This document shows, piece by piece, positions 6,777 through 14,261 of a DNA stretch of 32,000 nucleotides; within the stretch, counting starts at the first letter, position 1, and every line of letters starts with the position of its first letter. The notes beneath the pieces were generated by a model that worked only from the letters and a program-made list of their open reading frames with translations, was not told where the DNA came from and did not search any database. This DNA comes from Candidatus Saccharimonadota bacterium (GTDB lineage Bacteria > Patescibacteriota > Saccharimonadia > Saccharimonadales > Saccharimonadaceae), in NCBI GenBank assembly GCA_049296095.1, contig JBAQRV010000001.1:420001-452000 (forward strand). Direction: 5' to 3'. The position numbers were made by a program, and so were the translations under genes.

Positions 6777-7121
6777 ATGCGAGTTAAACGAAGCGTCACC
6801 GCACGCGCCCGACACAGTAAAATTCTCAAGCAAGCCAAGGGCATGCAACACAACCGTACCCGTAGTTTCCGCCTTGCCAAGCAAGCGGTCACTCGTGCAC
6901 TTGAATACGCCTACCGCGACCGACGTAACCGTCGCCGCGACCTCCGTGGTCTTTGGATCACCCGTATTAACGCTGCTGCACGTGCCGAAGGCACTACCTA
7001 CGGTAAGTTCATCGCTGCCCTCAAGGGTGCAAACATCGACCTCGACCGCAAGGTCTTGGCTGAAATCGCTGTCAATGAGCCAGCTGCTTTCAAGGCTATT
7101 GTTGCAAAATCTGTTAAGTAA
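6777..7121 (+). CDS. rplT: 50S ribosomal protein L20
   Basis: [22 protein letters not shown]...[23 protein letters not shown] is a typical L20 sequence, in the conserved infC-rpmI-rplT order. Confidence 0.95.
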   Translation: MRVKRSVTARARHSKILKQAKGMQHNRTRSFRLAKQAVTRALEYAYRDRRNRRRDLRGLWITRINAAARAEGTTYGKFIAALKGANIDLDRKVLAEIAVNEPAAFKAIVAKSVK

Positions 7122-7145
7122 TACACTTCTTAACTCCTTATAACT

Positions 7146-7176
7146 AAAAACGCTCCCTCTCCAGGGAGTGTTTTTA
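7146..7176 (+). terminator. Intrinsic terminator after rplT
   Basis: 8-bp stem CGCTCCCT/AGGGAGTG with loop CTCC, followed by TTTTT. Confidence 0.75.
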
Positions 7177-7203
7177 GTACGGCGCTAAACGGCCAATGGT
7201 ACT

Positions 7204-7235
7204 AAAAAACCGCCTCCGTAGAAGGGCGGTTTTTT
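7204..7235. terminator. Bidirectional intrinsic terminator (second stop for rplT, first for rnpB)
   Basis: AAAAAA-CCGCCT...GGGCGG-TTTTTT, lying immediately 3' of the RNase P RNA end on the minus strand. Confidence 0.75.
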
Positions 7236-7237
7236 AG

Positions 7238-7577
7238 TGGACAGATCATCTGTAAGCCGGGTTTTGTCGTGGACGACCATCTATCTAGTCTTGCCATTAC
7301 TGGCACGATCAAGCGGGTGTCGACCGGCGAACGGATCGCTCTTTATGCCGATCTCCTTGCAGCAGGCAGGGTTTACCTTCTCCATGTGTCACCACATGAC
7401 GCTGTGGGCTCTTACCCCACTCATTTCACCTTTTCCCGCCGTAACGGGTAGTTTTGTTTCTGTGGCACTTTCCCTAGGGTTACCCCCGGTCGCCGTTAGC
7501 GACTGCCATTATCCTGTGCTGCCCGGACTTTCCTCTTGCCTTTTAAGGGGCAAGCGGCCGTCTAATGAACTGTCCGA
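7238..7577 (-). ncRNA. rnpB: RNase P RNA, bacterial type A
   Basis: The minus strand contains several conserved motifs. GAGGAAAGTCCGGGC is at 7521-7535 and ACAAAACCCGGCTTAC is at about 7252-7267. AAGTGCCACAGAAAC, GGTGAAATGAGTGGGGTAAGAG and GGGGGTAACCCTAGGG are also present. P1 pairs GGACAGxTCAT at both ends. Ends are good to within a few nt. Confidence 0.9.
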
Positions 7578-7582
7578 AACAT

Positions 7583-7588
7583 ATTATA
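7583..7588 (-). promoter_or_regulatory. -10 box TATAAT for rnpB, overlapping the stop codon of the upstream CDS
   Basis: The minus strand reads GTGTATAATATGTTTCGGACAG. The -10 box lies 7-8 nt before the predicted RNase P RNA 5' end. Confidence 0.45.
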
Positions 7589-8474
7589 CACTAGCATCTT
7601 GCTTTTCGCGAGCATGGGCGTCGAGAGTTTTGTTCACCATGCCGTCTGCTAACTGATTAAATTCCCTCGCGACATGACTAAAGGTGACCTTGTCGAACTT
7701 TTTCATGAGTTCACGGATACGCTCGTGGATCGGCCACAGTTCACGATTCTTAATTTTATAGAAGCCCTTCATTTGATTGACGACCAACATGCTATCAATT
7801 TTGAAATCAACGCGGCGATATTTCAACTCTAACGCTTTTTCAAGTCCGATACGAACGCCGTGATATTCTGCTTGGTTGTTGGTTGTGATACCGAGATACT
7901 CCCCGCCCTCAGCGATCACTTCCTGACGAGGATTAAGGATGACATAGCCAGCCGCAGACGGTCCTGGGTTACCGCGTGAACCCCCATCAGTATAGATGGT
8001 TATGCTTCCATCTGATGTTTCCTTGACATCAGAAGACTTACTCACCTTTAAGCTTTCATCTGTTATTTCCTCTTGTTGTATAATACCCAACAATAGTTGC
8101 GTTAGATCGGTGATATCAGACTGTTGAATTTGTGACATCGGATGCCATTTGTATTTGCTATAGTTTCCGCTGAGGCGAATCGGATGATTATCTTCCGTCG
8201 GAGTCACCAAGTACACGATAACTGCATACTGAATTCCCCTATCATCGTGATCAATATACGTCACCGCATCAAACAAATGAGCAGATTTAATATGGATCCC
8301 AGCATCGTCATGGAGGTAGCGACGAAGGGCATCCTCTGGCTGTTCACTATAGGCAAGCTTCCCGCCTGGTAGTTCGTACTGCCCCAAAATACTTGGGCGG
8401 CCGTTTGCTCGCTTTAGGAGCAATGCTTTACCGCCCTGATTGATAATTGCTCGAACTGATAATCTTTGTTTCAT
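7584..8474 (-). CDS. Fusion protein: N-terminal Nudix hydrolase domain plus C-terminal RNase HI domain
   Basis: The N-terminal half carries a Nudix-box-like GKLAYSEQPEDALRRYLHDDAGI. The C-terminal half carries RNase H DEDD-type motifs: IYTDGGSRGNPGPSAAGY, NNQAEYHG, KIDSMLVV and NQLADGMVN. Confidence 0.85.
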   Translation of the reverse strand: MKQRLSVRAIINQGGKALLLKRANGRPSILGQYELPGGKLAYSEQPEDALRRYLHDDAGIHIKSAHLFDAVTYIDHDDRGIQYAVIVYLVTPTEDNHPIRLSGNYSKYKWHPMSQIQQSDITDLTQLLLGIIQQEEITDESLKVSKSSDVKETSDGSITIYTDGGSRGNPGPSAAGYVILNPRQEVIAEGGEYLGITTNNQAEYHGVRIGLEKALELKYRRVDFKIDSMLVVNQMKGFYKIKNRELWPIHERIRELMKKFDKVTFSHVAREFNQLADGMVNKTLDAHAREKQDASV

Positions 8475-8502
8475 GTTTGTCTTTGGTCTTGTTTATGCTT
8501 TT

Positions 8503-8511
8503 ATTGTAGCA
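8503..8511 (-). promoter_or_regulatory. Extended -10 element (TGcTACAAT) proximal to the Nudix/RNase H gene
   Basis: The minus strand reads GTATGCTACAATAAAAGC about 30 nt upstream of the ATG at 8474. It lies downstream of the terminator at 8529-8554. Confidence 0.4.
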
Positions 8512-8528
8512 TACGGGGAAACGGCAAC

Positions 8529-8554
8529 AAAAAAGAGCCCCATATGGAGTCTCT
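8529..8554 (-). terminator. Intrinsic terminator (minus strand only)
   Basis: The minus strand reads AGAGaCUCC-AUAU-GGGGCUCU followed by UUUUUU. The plus-strand reading has no T-tract. Confidence 0.65.
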
Positions 8555-8710
8555 ACGTGCCCAAAGGAAGCCTAGGCGTTATGATGTTCCCCGCGTATTT
8601 GCAAGGTGGTTGGCCGCAGCTTATCTCCACGGAGACAAGCCATTTGGCGTCCCAAACATATGATATCGGAAAATCATATGCACCTAGGTTTGTATCCCCT
8701 GGACGCTTCT
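8529..8710 (-). ncRNA. Unclassified ~180-nt structured RNA (stand-alone sRNA, or riboswitch-like leader of the Nudix/RNase H gene)
   Basis: A TATAAT box lies at 8712-8717 (minus) and the terminator at 8529-8554. A 10-bp hairpin at 8618-8641 has two G.U pairs on the minus strand that would be A.C on the plus strand. An 8-bp hairpin pairs 8657-8664 with 8673-8680. GCGUCC/GGACGC pairs 8701-8706 with 8647-8652. Two CCTAGG boxes lie at 8571-8576 and 8683-8688. Confidence 0.4.
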
Positions 8711-8721
8711 TATTATACGCC

Positions 8722-9354
8722 CTAGATCCTGAAGATTCCCTTAAATACGTTCAAGAAAAACTCGATTGCGCCGCCCATCAGTGGACCGATAAATGCGCCG
8801 CCTAGTAGTACGAGGATAAAGACCACCATAATACCGTAGCGCTCAATATACATCATCCCCTTGCGGACAAAGTCGGGTGCCAGTGCAAAGATAACCCGCG
8901 AGCCATCAAGCGGCGGAATCGGTAACAGATTGAAGATAAAGAACCCAAGGTTAATCTGGACTGCGAGACTAATCAGGACTGCTCCAAAGTTATCGGCCGG
9001 TAGATTCAGGACCACACCGAGACCAAAGAAAATAAAGGCGAGGACAAAGTTCGTGAGCGGCCCAGCCAGGGCAATCAGTGCCGCACCCCACTCATCCCAC
9101 CTTACTCGATCAGGGTTGAATGGGACTGGTTTGGCTGCGCCAAACGGAGGTAGGCCGACCACAACAAGCACCAACGGGAGGAGAACGGTCAAGAACGGAT
9201 CGATATGTTTAATCGGATTTAAGGTTAGTCGCCCCTGTAATTTGGCAGTATCGTCCCCTAACCAGTAGCTGACGAAGGCGTGCATCGCCTCGTGAAGCGT
9301 CATCGAAATCAGAATAATGCCGACGATGGCAACAATGTAAATAACAATATCCAT
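8722..9354 (-). CDS. Site-2 protease family (peptidase M50) zinc metalloprotease
   Basis: Polytopic membrane protein with HEAMH (HExxH) in the first TM region and NLLPIPPLDGSRV (the LDG motif). Confidence 0.85.
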   Translation of the reverse strand: MDIVIYIVAIVGIILISMTLHEAMHAFVSYWLGDDTAKLQGRLTLNPIKHIDPFLTVLLPLVLVVVGLPPFGAAKPVPFNPDRVRWDEWGAALIALAGPLTNFVLAFIFFGLGVVLNLPADNFGAVLISLAVQINLGFFIFNLLPIPPLDGSRVIFALAPDFVRKGMMYIERYGIMVVFILVLLGGAFIGPLMGGAIEFFLNVFKGIFRI

Positions 9355-9373
9355 ACCAACCTAGTATAACAGC

Positions 9374-9402
9374 TTGACTCTCGGGGTTAAAAGAGGTAAA
9401 AT
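9374..9402 (+). promoter_or_regulatory. Sigma70-type promoter for rpmB (TTGACT, 17 nt, TAAAAT)
   Basis: -35 at 9374-9379, a 17-nt spacer, and -10 at 9397-9402. Confidence 0.55.
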
Positions 9403-9446
9403 GAGTAACATTGTCTACAGGAAATTAAGGAAAAGGAAATAAAGTT

Positions 9447-9665
9447 ATGGTCGCACGAGATGAACTCACCGGAAAAGGAAAGCAATTTGGCAACAATGTT
9501 AGCTTCTCTTTGCGTCGCACCAACCGCGTTTTCAAGCCTAACCTCCAAAAGAAAACTTTCACCGTTGATGGTGAGAAAGTAACCCTTGTGATTAGTGCTA
9601 ACACTATCCGTACACTAAAGAAAAAAGGCATCTTGCCTAAGAAGGGTGATAAGATCGCTGCATAA
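9447..9665 (+). CDS. rpmB: 50S ribosomal protein L28
   Basis: MVARDELTGKGKQFGNNVSFSLRRTNRVFKPNLQKK matches the conserved L28 core (GNNVSHS..T.R.F.PNL). Confidence 0.9.
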   Translation: MVARDELTGKGKQFGNNVSFSLRRTNRVFKPNLQKKTFTVDGEKVTLVISANTIRTLKKKGILPKKGDKIAA

Positions 9666-9683
9666 GTTGATCTTGCACAAATA

Positions 9684-9717
9684 AATAACCTCCCATGTTC
9701 GGGAGGTTATTTATTTT
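9684..9717. terminator. Bidirectional intrinsic terminator after rpmB
   Basis: 11-bp stem AATAACCTCCC/GGGAGGTTATT followed by TATTTT. The stop codon of the minus-strand interrupted ORF lies inside the hairpin. Confidence 0.75.
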
Positions 9718-9985
9718 CGTCAAATGCTTCTTGTGCTGCAACGAGTCGATGTAGCTCAAGTAGGTCGTCTACAGAGCGGTCTCTTTTTGGACCGCCTGCT
9801 AACTTATACGCAATAATCTCTGGATGTCCAGGAATACTAACTCAAACACCGTGAGTATCTGCAAGCGGAGCATTAGAATAGTCACTGCCTATTGACGCCA
9901 TTGCGGCTTCACCTATATCCATCGGCCGAGGACGCCTATTTGTAGATTCTAACGCTTCTTGAGATTGTCGTGAGAGAGACTCCAT
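9707..9985 (-). pseudogene. 92-codon reading frame interrupted by one in-frame TGA (at 9842-9844); unknown function
   Basis: ATG at 9985 lies 4 nt after the stop of the upstream MBL-fold gene. Translation gives MESLSRQSQEALESTNRRPRPMDIGEAAMASIGSDYSNAPLADTHGV*VSIPGHPEIIAYKLAGGPKRDRSVDDLLELHRLVAAQEAFDENK*. Neither half reaches the 60-aa track threshold. Confidence 0.45.
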
Positions 9986-9989
9986 AAAC

Positions 9990-10625
9990 CTAAGATCTTG
10001 TTACGTTCACAACCGTCAAAACAGTCGGCAACCCCGCCGCGCTCTTCACCTTATACTTCGCCGTCTCTTCAATCGGAGCCCCGAGTTCCTTCACAAAAAC
10101 ATCGAGCGATTCTTGTGGAACTTCGTATTTCAAAGCTGGGTCAGCGTAATGCACTGGGATAACTGCCTTTGGATCGATCTTTCGGACCAAGCCAGCCGCA
10201 CCTGTTGCATCAAGTGTATATCCATTTCCACCAACCGGGATGATCACGATATCAACGACGCCGATTTCTTCGAGCTGTTCATCAGAGAGTTTTTCGTAAA
10301 TGTTACCGATGACCGCAATGCGAACGTCGCCGACTTCCACGCGGTAAATGGTTGAAATCTTTGGATCGCTCTCACTGTCGAGATGACGTTGCGCTGCAAT
10401 ACCGCGAATATCAAAGTTGGCGACACCGTACTCACCTGGACCCTCAATTGACAGTCGGGCATCAGGTGAATTCAACGCAAAGCGAGCTTCGGTCGCGAGT
10501 TCAACGTCGTCTTTCAATGTGAGATCTTTCAACCCTACCAACGAAAGCTTTGGATCGGTGATGATCGTCCCCTTCTTGCTGCTGATGACGACACAGTTGG
10601 CACCTTTATATTCAATATCAAACAT
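9990..10625 (-). CDS. MBL-fold (UPF0173-like) protein lacking the HxHxDH metal motif
   Basis: Length and layout (MFDIEYKGANCVVISS..TIITDP..., C-terminal VIPVHY) resemble UPF0173/Lactamase_B_3 proteins. No HxHxDH motif is present anywhere in the 211 aa. Confidence 0.6.
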   Translation of the reverse strand: MFDIEYKGANCVVISSKKGTIITDPKLSLVGLKDLTLKDDVELATEARFALNSPDARLSIEGPGEYGVANFDIRGIAAQRHLDSESDPKISTIYRVEVGDVRIAVIGNIYEKLSDEQLEEIGVVDIVIIPVGGNGYTLDATGAAGLVRKIDPKAVIPVHYADPALKYEVPQESLDVFVKELGAPIEETAKYKVKSAAGLPTVLTVVNVTRS

Positions 10626-10643
10626 TTCTTTTTCTCCTTTGGA

Positions 10644-11246
10644 CTAGCCCAGAATATTATCTTTATCAATGGCGACGGTATGCTTGCTGCCGAGAATCTC
10701 ACTAATGAATTTATCACGGACGCTCAGTCGGTAGTAGAAGTCATCGTTGCTCATAACCGTGTAGTTAATCTCACGACCCTCTAACTTTTCGATGATAGCC
10801 ATCGCAGCTTTCGCCTTGGCAGCTGGAATGTTACCAACCAGCAACACATCAACCGAACTGGTTGAGCCGCGCACCAACATGCCCGCAATAATTGCAACGC
10901 GTAAGGATGCGAGACCTGCGATAGCGCTCAGATATTGATCACTCACCGCTTTGGTGTCTTCAGCCAGCGATGGTTTGGTGGCGTCAATTTGTTCGCCAGC
11001 AAAGATCGCTCGGAGCGCTGTATAGAACTCGTAGCGCTGGTTTACTTGGTAGTAGAGCTTGTTGTCGGCAGTATCACTAGTAATAACCCCTACCTCGAGC
11101 ATGTTCGATAATTCGCGACGGACGGAATTAATTTGCTCATCGATGACACGAGTGATCTCACGGACATAAAAAGATTGTCCGGGGTGATTCAAAAACAGGT
11201 GCAACAGTTTCACCCTTGTCTTTGAGCCGAACAATTTATCGATCAT
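10644..11246 (-). CDS. Winged-helix DNA-binding protein (putative transcriptional regulator)
   Basis: N-terminal KTRVKLLHLFLNHPGQSFYVREITRVIDEQINSVRRELSNMLEVGVI has an ArsR/MarR-like wHTH pattern. The C-terminal domain is unassigned. Confidence 0.6.
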   Translation of the reverse strand: MIDKLFGSKTRVKLLHLFLNHPGQSFYVREITRVIDEQINSVRRELSNMLEVGVITSDTADNKLYYQVNQRYEFYTALRAIFAGEQIDATKPSLAEDTKAVSDQYLSAIAGLASLRVAIIAGMLVRGSTSSVDVLLVGNIPAAKAKAAMAIIEKLEGREINYTVMSNDDFYYRLSVRDKFISEILGSKHTVAIDKDNILG

Positions 11247-11285
11247 ATCCCTATTTCCCTCGTATAACTTTCGTGTTCTATAATA

Positions 11286-12155
11286 TCACGCCTTGGTGGA
11301 TTCGGCGAGTCTGCGAACTAAATATTTCTCGGCGTAATCAAGCTCGAGCCACTTAATAAATGGGTTACGTTTCAGCCATGTCAGCTGGCGCTTAGCGAGT
11401 TGCCAGTCGGCAGTCTCGTTCAACTGCTTGAGTTCATCTTTTGTTATTATTCCACGTTCAAAATCATGAGCAAAGCGGTAGATATTCCCAGTCATTGCTT
11501 CATTATCCCAACCAAATTTTGCTCCTATTGCTATTGCCTCTTCGATCATTCCGCTGTCAAATAAGTGTTCACTCCGTTCGTGAATTCGCTGTCGCAATAC
11601 ATTTGTTTCTGTAGTAATTCCAACAATGATTGTATTGTGTTGAGGTTCTAACAACCTTGCTCCAGGGTCATTTTTGCGCTCTATTTCCCGGATGACGTAT
11701 CGTCTGTTTTTTTCATTTTCTGGAAGTTTTACGTTGTTTTCCTTACAATACTCGTGAAGCTCCTCTAGAGATAAGGCCTCTAATTTGGCACGTAATTCAG
11801 GGTCTGCTTGACCAAACTGATAATCAAAAATAACCGCGTCAACATACAAACCCGTACCCCCAACCAAGAACGGAATATGGCCACGCGCCCGAATCTCGGC
11901 AATCTTTTCCACGGCATAGTTCTTGAAATCAACCGCCGAAAAGCGCTCGCCAGGTTCGACCAAATCAAGCCCCCAATGCGGAATCTTGGCTTGATCTTCG
12001 GCTGATGGTTTGGCGGTCCCGATGTCCATATATCTATAGACAGTTCGTGAGTCTGCACAAATAATTTCGCCGCCGAATTGCTCAGCCAGCTTCATCGCGA
12101 GGCTCGATTTGCCGCTGGCCGTTGGACCAACAATAACTACGAGAGGGGCTTCCAT
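11286..12155 (-). CDS. miaA: tRNA dimethylallyltransferase
   Basis: VVIVGPTASGKSSLAMKLAEQFGGEIICADSRTVYRYMDIGTAKPS is the canonical MiaA N-terminus. The gene ends with TGA. Confidence 0.9.
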   Translation of the reverse strand: MEAPLVVIVGPTASGKSSLAMKLAEQFGGEIICADSRTVYRYMDIGTAKPSAEDQAKIPHWGLDLVEPGERFSAVDFKNYAVEKIAEIRARGHIPFLVGGTGLYVDAVIFDYQFGQADPELRAKLEALSLEELHEYCKENNVKLPENEKNRRYVIREIERKNDPGARLLEPQHNTIIVGITTETNVLRQRIHERSEHLFDSGMIEEAIAIGAKFGWDNEAMTGNIYRFAHDFERGIITKDELKQLNETADWQLAKRQLTWLKRNPFIKWLELDYAEKYLVRRLAESTKA

Positions 12156-12448
12156 CGCCGCTCCTTAAAATCATCCACGATAAAATCTGTGCAGGTAATG
12201 CCTTCAGCTGCGAGATGCTCAGCCTGGGTTTCGCGGCCGCCATAATAGCCACTCGCTAGACCGCCAAAACGATTTACCAGTCGATGCCATGGTAATTCGG
12301 TATCACCGTAGTGCGCCATGCCACCAACAATTCTGGCAGCATAAGGATGCCCTGCCAAAGCAGCCAAGTCCCCATAGGTTGTCACCTTTCCAACAGGGAC
12401 TTGAGCCATCAGCTCTTCAACTTTAGATCGGAATGCACTATCGACCAT
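12137..12448 (-). CDS. Alkyltransferase-like (ATL) protein, MGMT DNA-binding domain without the catalytic Cys
   Basis: VPVGKVTTYGDLAALAGHPYAARIVGGMAHYGDTELPWHRLVN. The MGMT active-site PCHRV is replaced by PWHRL. The gene overlaps miaA by 19 nt. Confidence 0.8.
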   Translation of the reverse strand: MVDSAFRSKVEELMAQVPVGKVTTYGDLAALAGHPYAARIVGGMAHYGDTELPWHRLVNRFGGLASGYYGGRETQAEHLAAEGITCTDFIVDDFKERRWKPLS

Positions 12449-12452
12449 CAGG

Positions 12453-14261
12453 CTATAGCCCTTTTAGATAATCCGCCAACTCATCGAGCGAAACTTTCTC
12501 CTCACTACCCTGCATCCGCACGCTCACCTGTCGTGCCTCTTTGTCTTGAGGACCAACGATCAATTGAACTGGTATCTTCATTAGCGAAGCTTGCCCGATC
12601 TTCTTACCTAATGATTCATTTCGATCATCAACCGTATAGCGGAGTTCGTTATACTTCACCGGCTTCATCAAAACGATTTCATTTAATATTGATTTAATCT
12701 CATCAACGTAATCTAAGACAGTGTCATTGATCGTCAGGATACGAATCTGCTCTGGGGCAACCCAGAATGGGAACCAGCCACCAGTGTGCTCGATAAAGAT
12801 ACTCATAAAGCGCTCAATTGATCCCAACAGCGCACAGTGAATCATGACCGGGCGCTTCTTGCTGCCGTCTTCGGCGGTGTACTCAAGGTTGAATCGCTCA
12901 GGCTGTGCGTAGTCGAGCTGGACTGTTGCCAGCTGCGTCTTGCGACCCAGGGCATCGGTCGCCATAAAGTCCATCTTTGGACCATAAATCGCTGCTTCGC
13001 CAATACCGATTTCGTAGTCGAGTTCGAACTTTTCAGCCAGCGATTTAATTGAGCCTTCGGCCTTGTCCCAGGTTTCTTTACTGCCAAGGTAGTTATCTGC
13101 CTCATCCCTAAATGACAAACGAAGCGAAAGTTTCAGGCCCAACAGCTCGTACATTTGCTTGGCGCTATCAAGAAGCTCAGAGAATACTTCTTCAACCTGA
13201 TCTTCGGTCGCAAAGACGTGCGAGTCATCCTGAGTGATCGCCCGGACCCGGGTCAATCCACCTAGCTCACCGCTCTTTTCATCGCGGTAAACCGTGGTAG
13301 TCTCGAGGTATTTAATCGGCAGTTCGCGGTAGCTGTGCGGTCGCCCGGCATACAACTGTGCGTGGTGCGGACAGTTGACTGGTTTCAACGCCAGTTCGTC
13401 GCCAGATTCTGTCGAGGTAAAGCGAAGGAGTTCTGGGAACTTTTCAAAGTGACCAGAGGTCTTGTAGGTATCAAGTTTCGCGATATGCGGAATCCATACC
13501 TTTTGGTAGCCCCTATCGAGACGATACGATTGCGCTAGTTCGTTCAACTTGTCACGAAGCACCGTCCCACGAGGGGTAAACAGCGGCAATCCTGCCCCAA
13601 TCAGCTGAGATCCCGTAAATAAGTCCAGTTCTTCGCCTAAACGACGGTGGTCACGCTGTTTAGCGAGCTCAAGATTCTCGAGATATTGATCTAATTCCTC
13701 CTGTGTCGCGAATGCCACCCCATAGAGACGCTGCATCTGCGGATTCGTCTCTTTGCCGCGCCAGTAGGCTCCGGCAACTCGTAGGAGCTTAAAGGCGCCC
13801 ACATCCTTGGTGTTGGCAACATGCGGTCCCCGACAAAGATCAACGAAGTTTCCATTCTTGTAGAAAGAAACTGTCGTGACGGCTGAATCACCATCACTGG
13901 CAATACCCAACTCTTCAGCATCAATATCCTTGGCAGCGGTGGTGCCAGAACGCTTCAAATCATTCAATAATTCTTCTTTATACGGCTGGTTATTTTGGTG
14001 CGCCCAGTCCAAAGCCTGCTCAATTGGCATCTCAAAACGCTCGAAGTCATCACCATACTCAATAATACCGCGCATTTCCTTCTCGATCTTGGCAAAATTA
14101 TCTTCAGAAATCTTACGCTCACCGAGGTCGATGTCGTAATAAAAGCCATTCTCCACCACTGGACCAACACCAAACTTGGCGTCTGGCCACAGACGTTGGA
14201 CCGCTGCGGCGGTAATGTGAGCAAGGCTGTGGCGCATTGCATGTAGTTGTTCGTCGTTCAT
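12453..14261 (-). CDS. thrS: Threonine--tRNA ligase
   Basis: 602 aa. It has the second-additional-domain motif HSLAHITAAAVQRLWP, class II core motifs (YRDEKSGELGGLTRVR, GSIERF) and a C-terminal anticodon-binding domain. Confidence 0.95.
   Translation of the reverse strand: MNDEQLHAMRHSLAHITAAAVQRLWPDAKFGVGPVVENGFYYDIDLGERKISEDNFAKIEKEMRGIIEYGDDFERFEMPIEQALDWAHQNNQPYKEELLNDLKRSGTTAAKDIDAEELGIASDGDSAVTTVSFYKNGNFVDLCRGPHVANTKDVGAFKLLRVAGAYWRGKETNPQMQRLYGVAFATQEELDQYLENLELAKQRDHRRLGEELDLFTGSQLIGAGLPLFTPRGTVLRDKLNELAQSYRLDRGYQKVWIPHIAKLDTYKTSGHFEKFPELLRFTSTESGDELALKPVNCPHHAQLYAGRPHSYRELPIKYLETTTVYRDEKSGELGGLTRVRAITQDDSHVFATEDQVEEVFSELLDSAKQMYELLGLKLSLRLSFRDEADNYLGSKETWDKAEGSIKSLAEKFELDYEIGIGEAAIYGPKMDFMATDALGRKTQLATVQLDYAQPERFNLEYTAEDGSKKRPVMIHCALLGSIERFMSIFIEHTGGWFPFWVAPEQIRILTINDTVLDYVDEIKSILNEIVLMKPVKYNELRYTVDDRNESLGKKIGQASLMKIPVQLIVGPQDKEARQVSVRMQGSEEKVSLDELADYLKGL

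Noticed and set aside
7237-7656. Track ORFs 7237-7656 (+, 139 aa) and 7269-7451 (+, 60 aa)
   Set aside because: They lie antisense to a clearly recognisable RNase P RNA, whose conserved motifs are read on the minus strand. The peptides are low-complexity with no family resemblance.
8529-8710. Assignment of this RNA as SRP (4.5S) RNA or 6S RNA
   Set aside because: The only AAGCNGC-like string (GAUAAGCUGC) sits in a perfectly paired 10-bp hairpin. That hairpin lacks the GNRA tetraloop and the symmetric and asymmetric loops of SRP helix 8. No long closing stem or central bubble typical of 6S could be drawn.
9842-9844. Genome-wide UGA reassignment (code 4 or 25) as the explanation for the in-frame TGA
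   Set aside because: miaA (stop at 11286-11288) terminates at TGA at the expected C-terminus. No other conserved gene in the window needs TGA read-through.
12837-14246. Multiple 60-90 aa ORFs on both strands inside thrS, with similar shadow ORFs inside GT2, pilB, pilT, comM, xer and the PilX-like gene
   Set aside because: They are nested within long, strongly conserved coding frames and lack independent signals. They are typical shadow ORFs.
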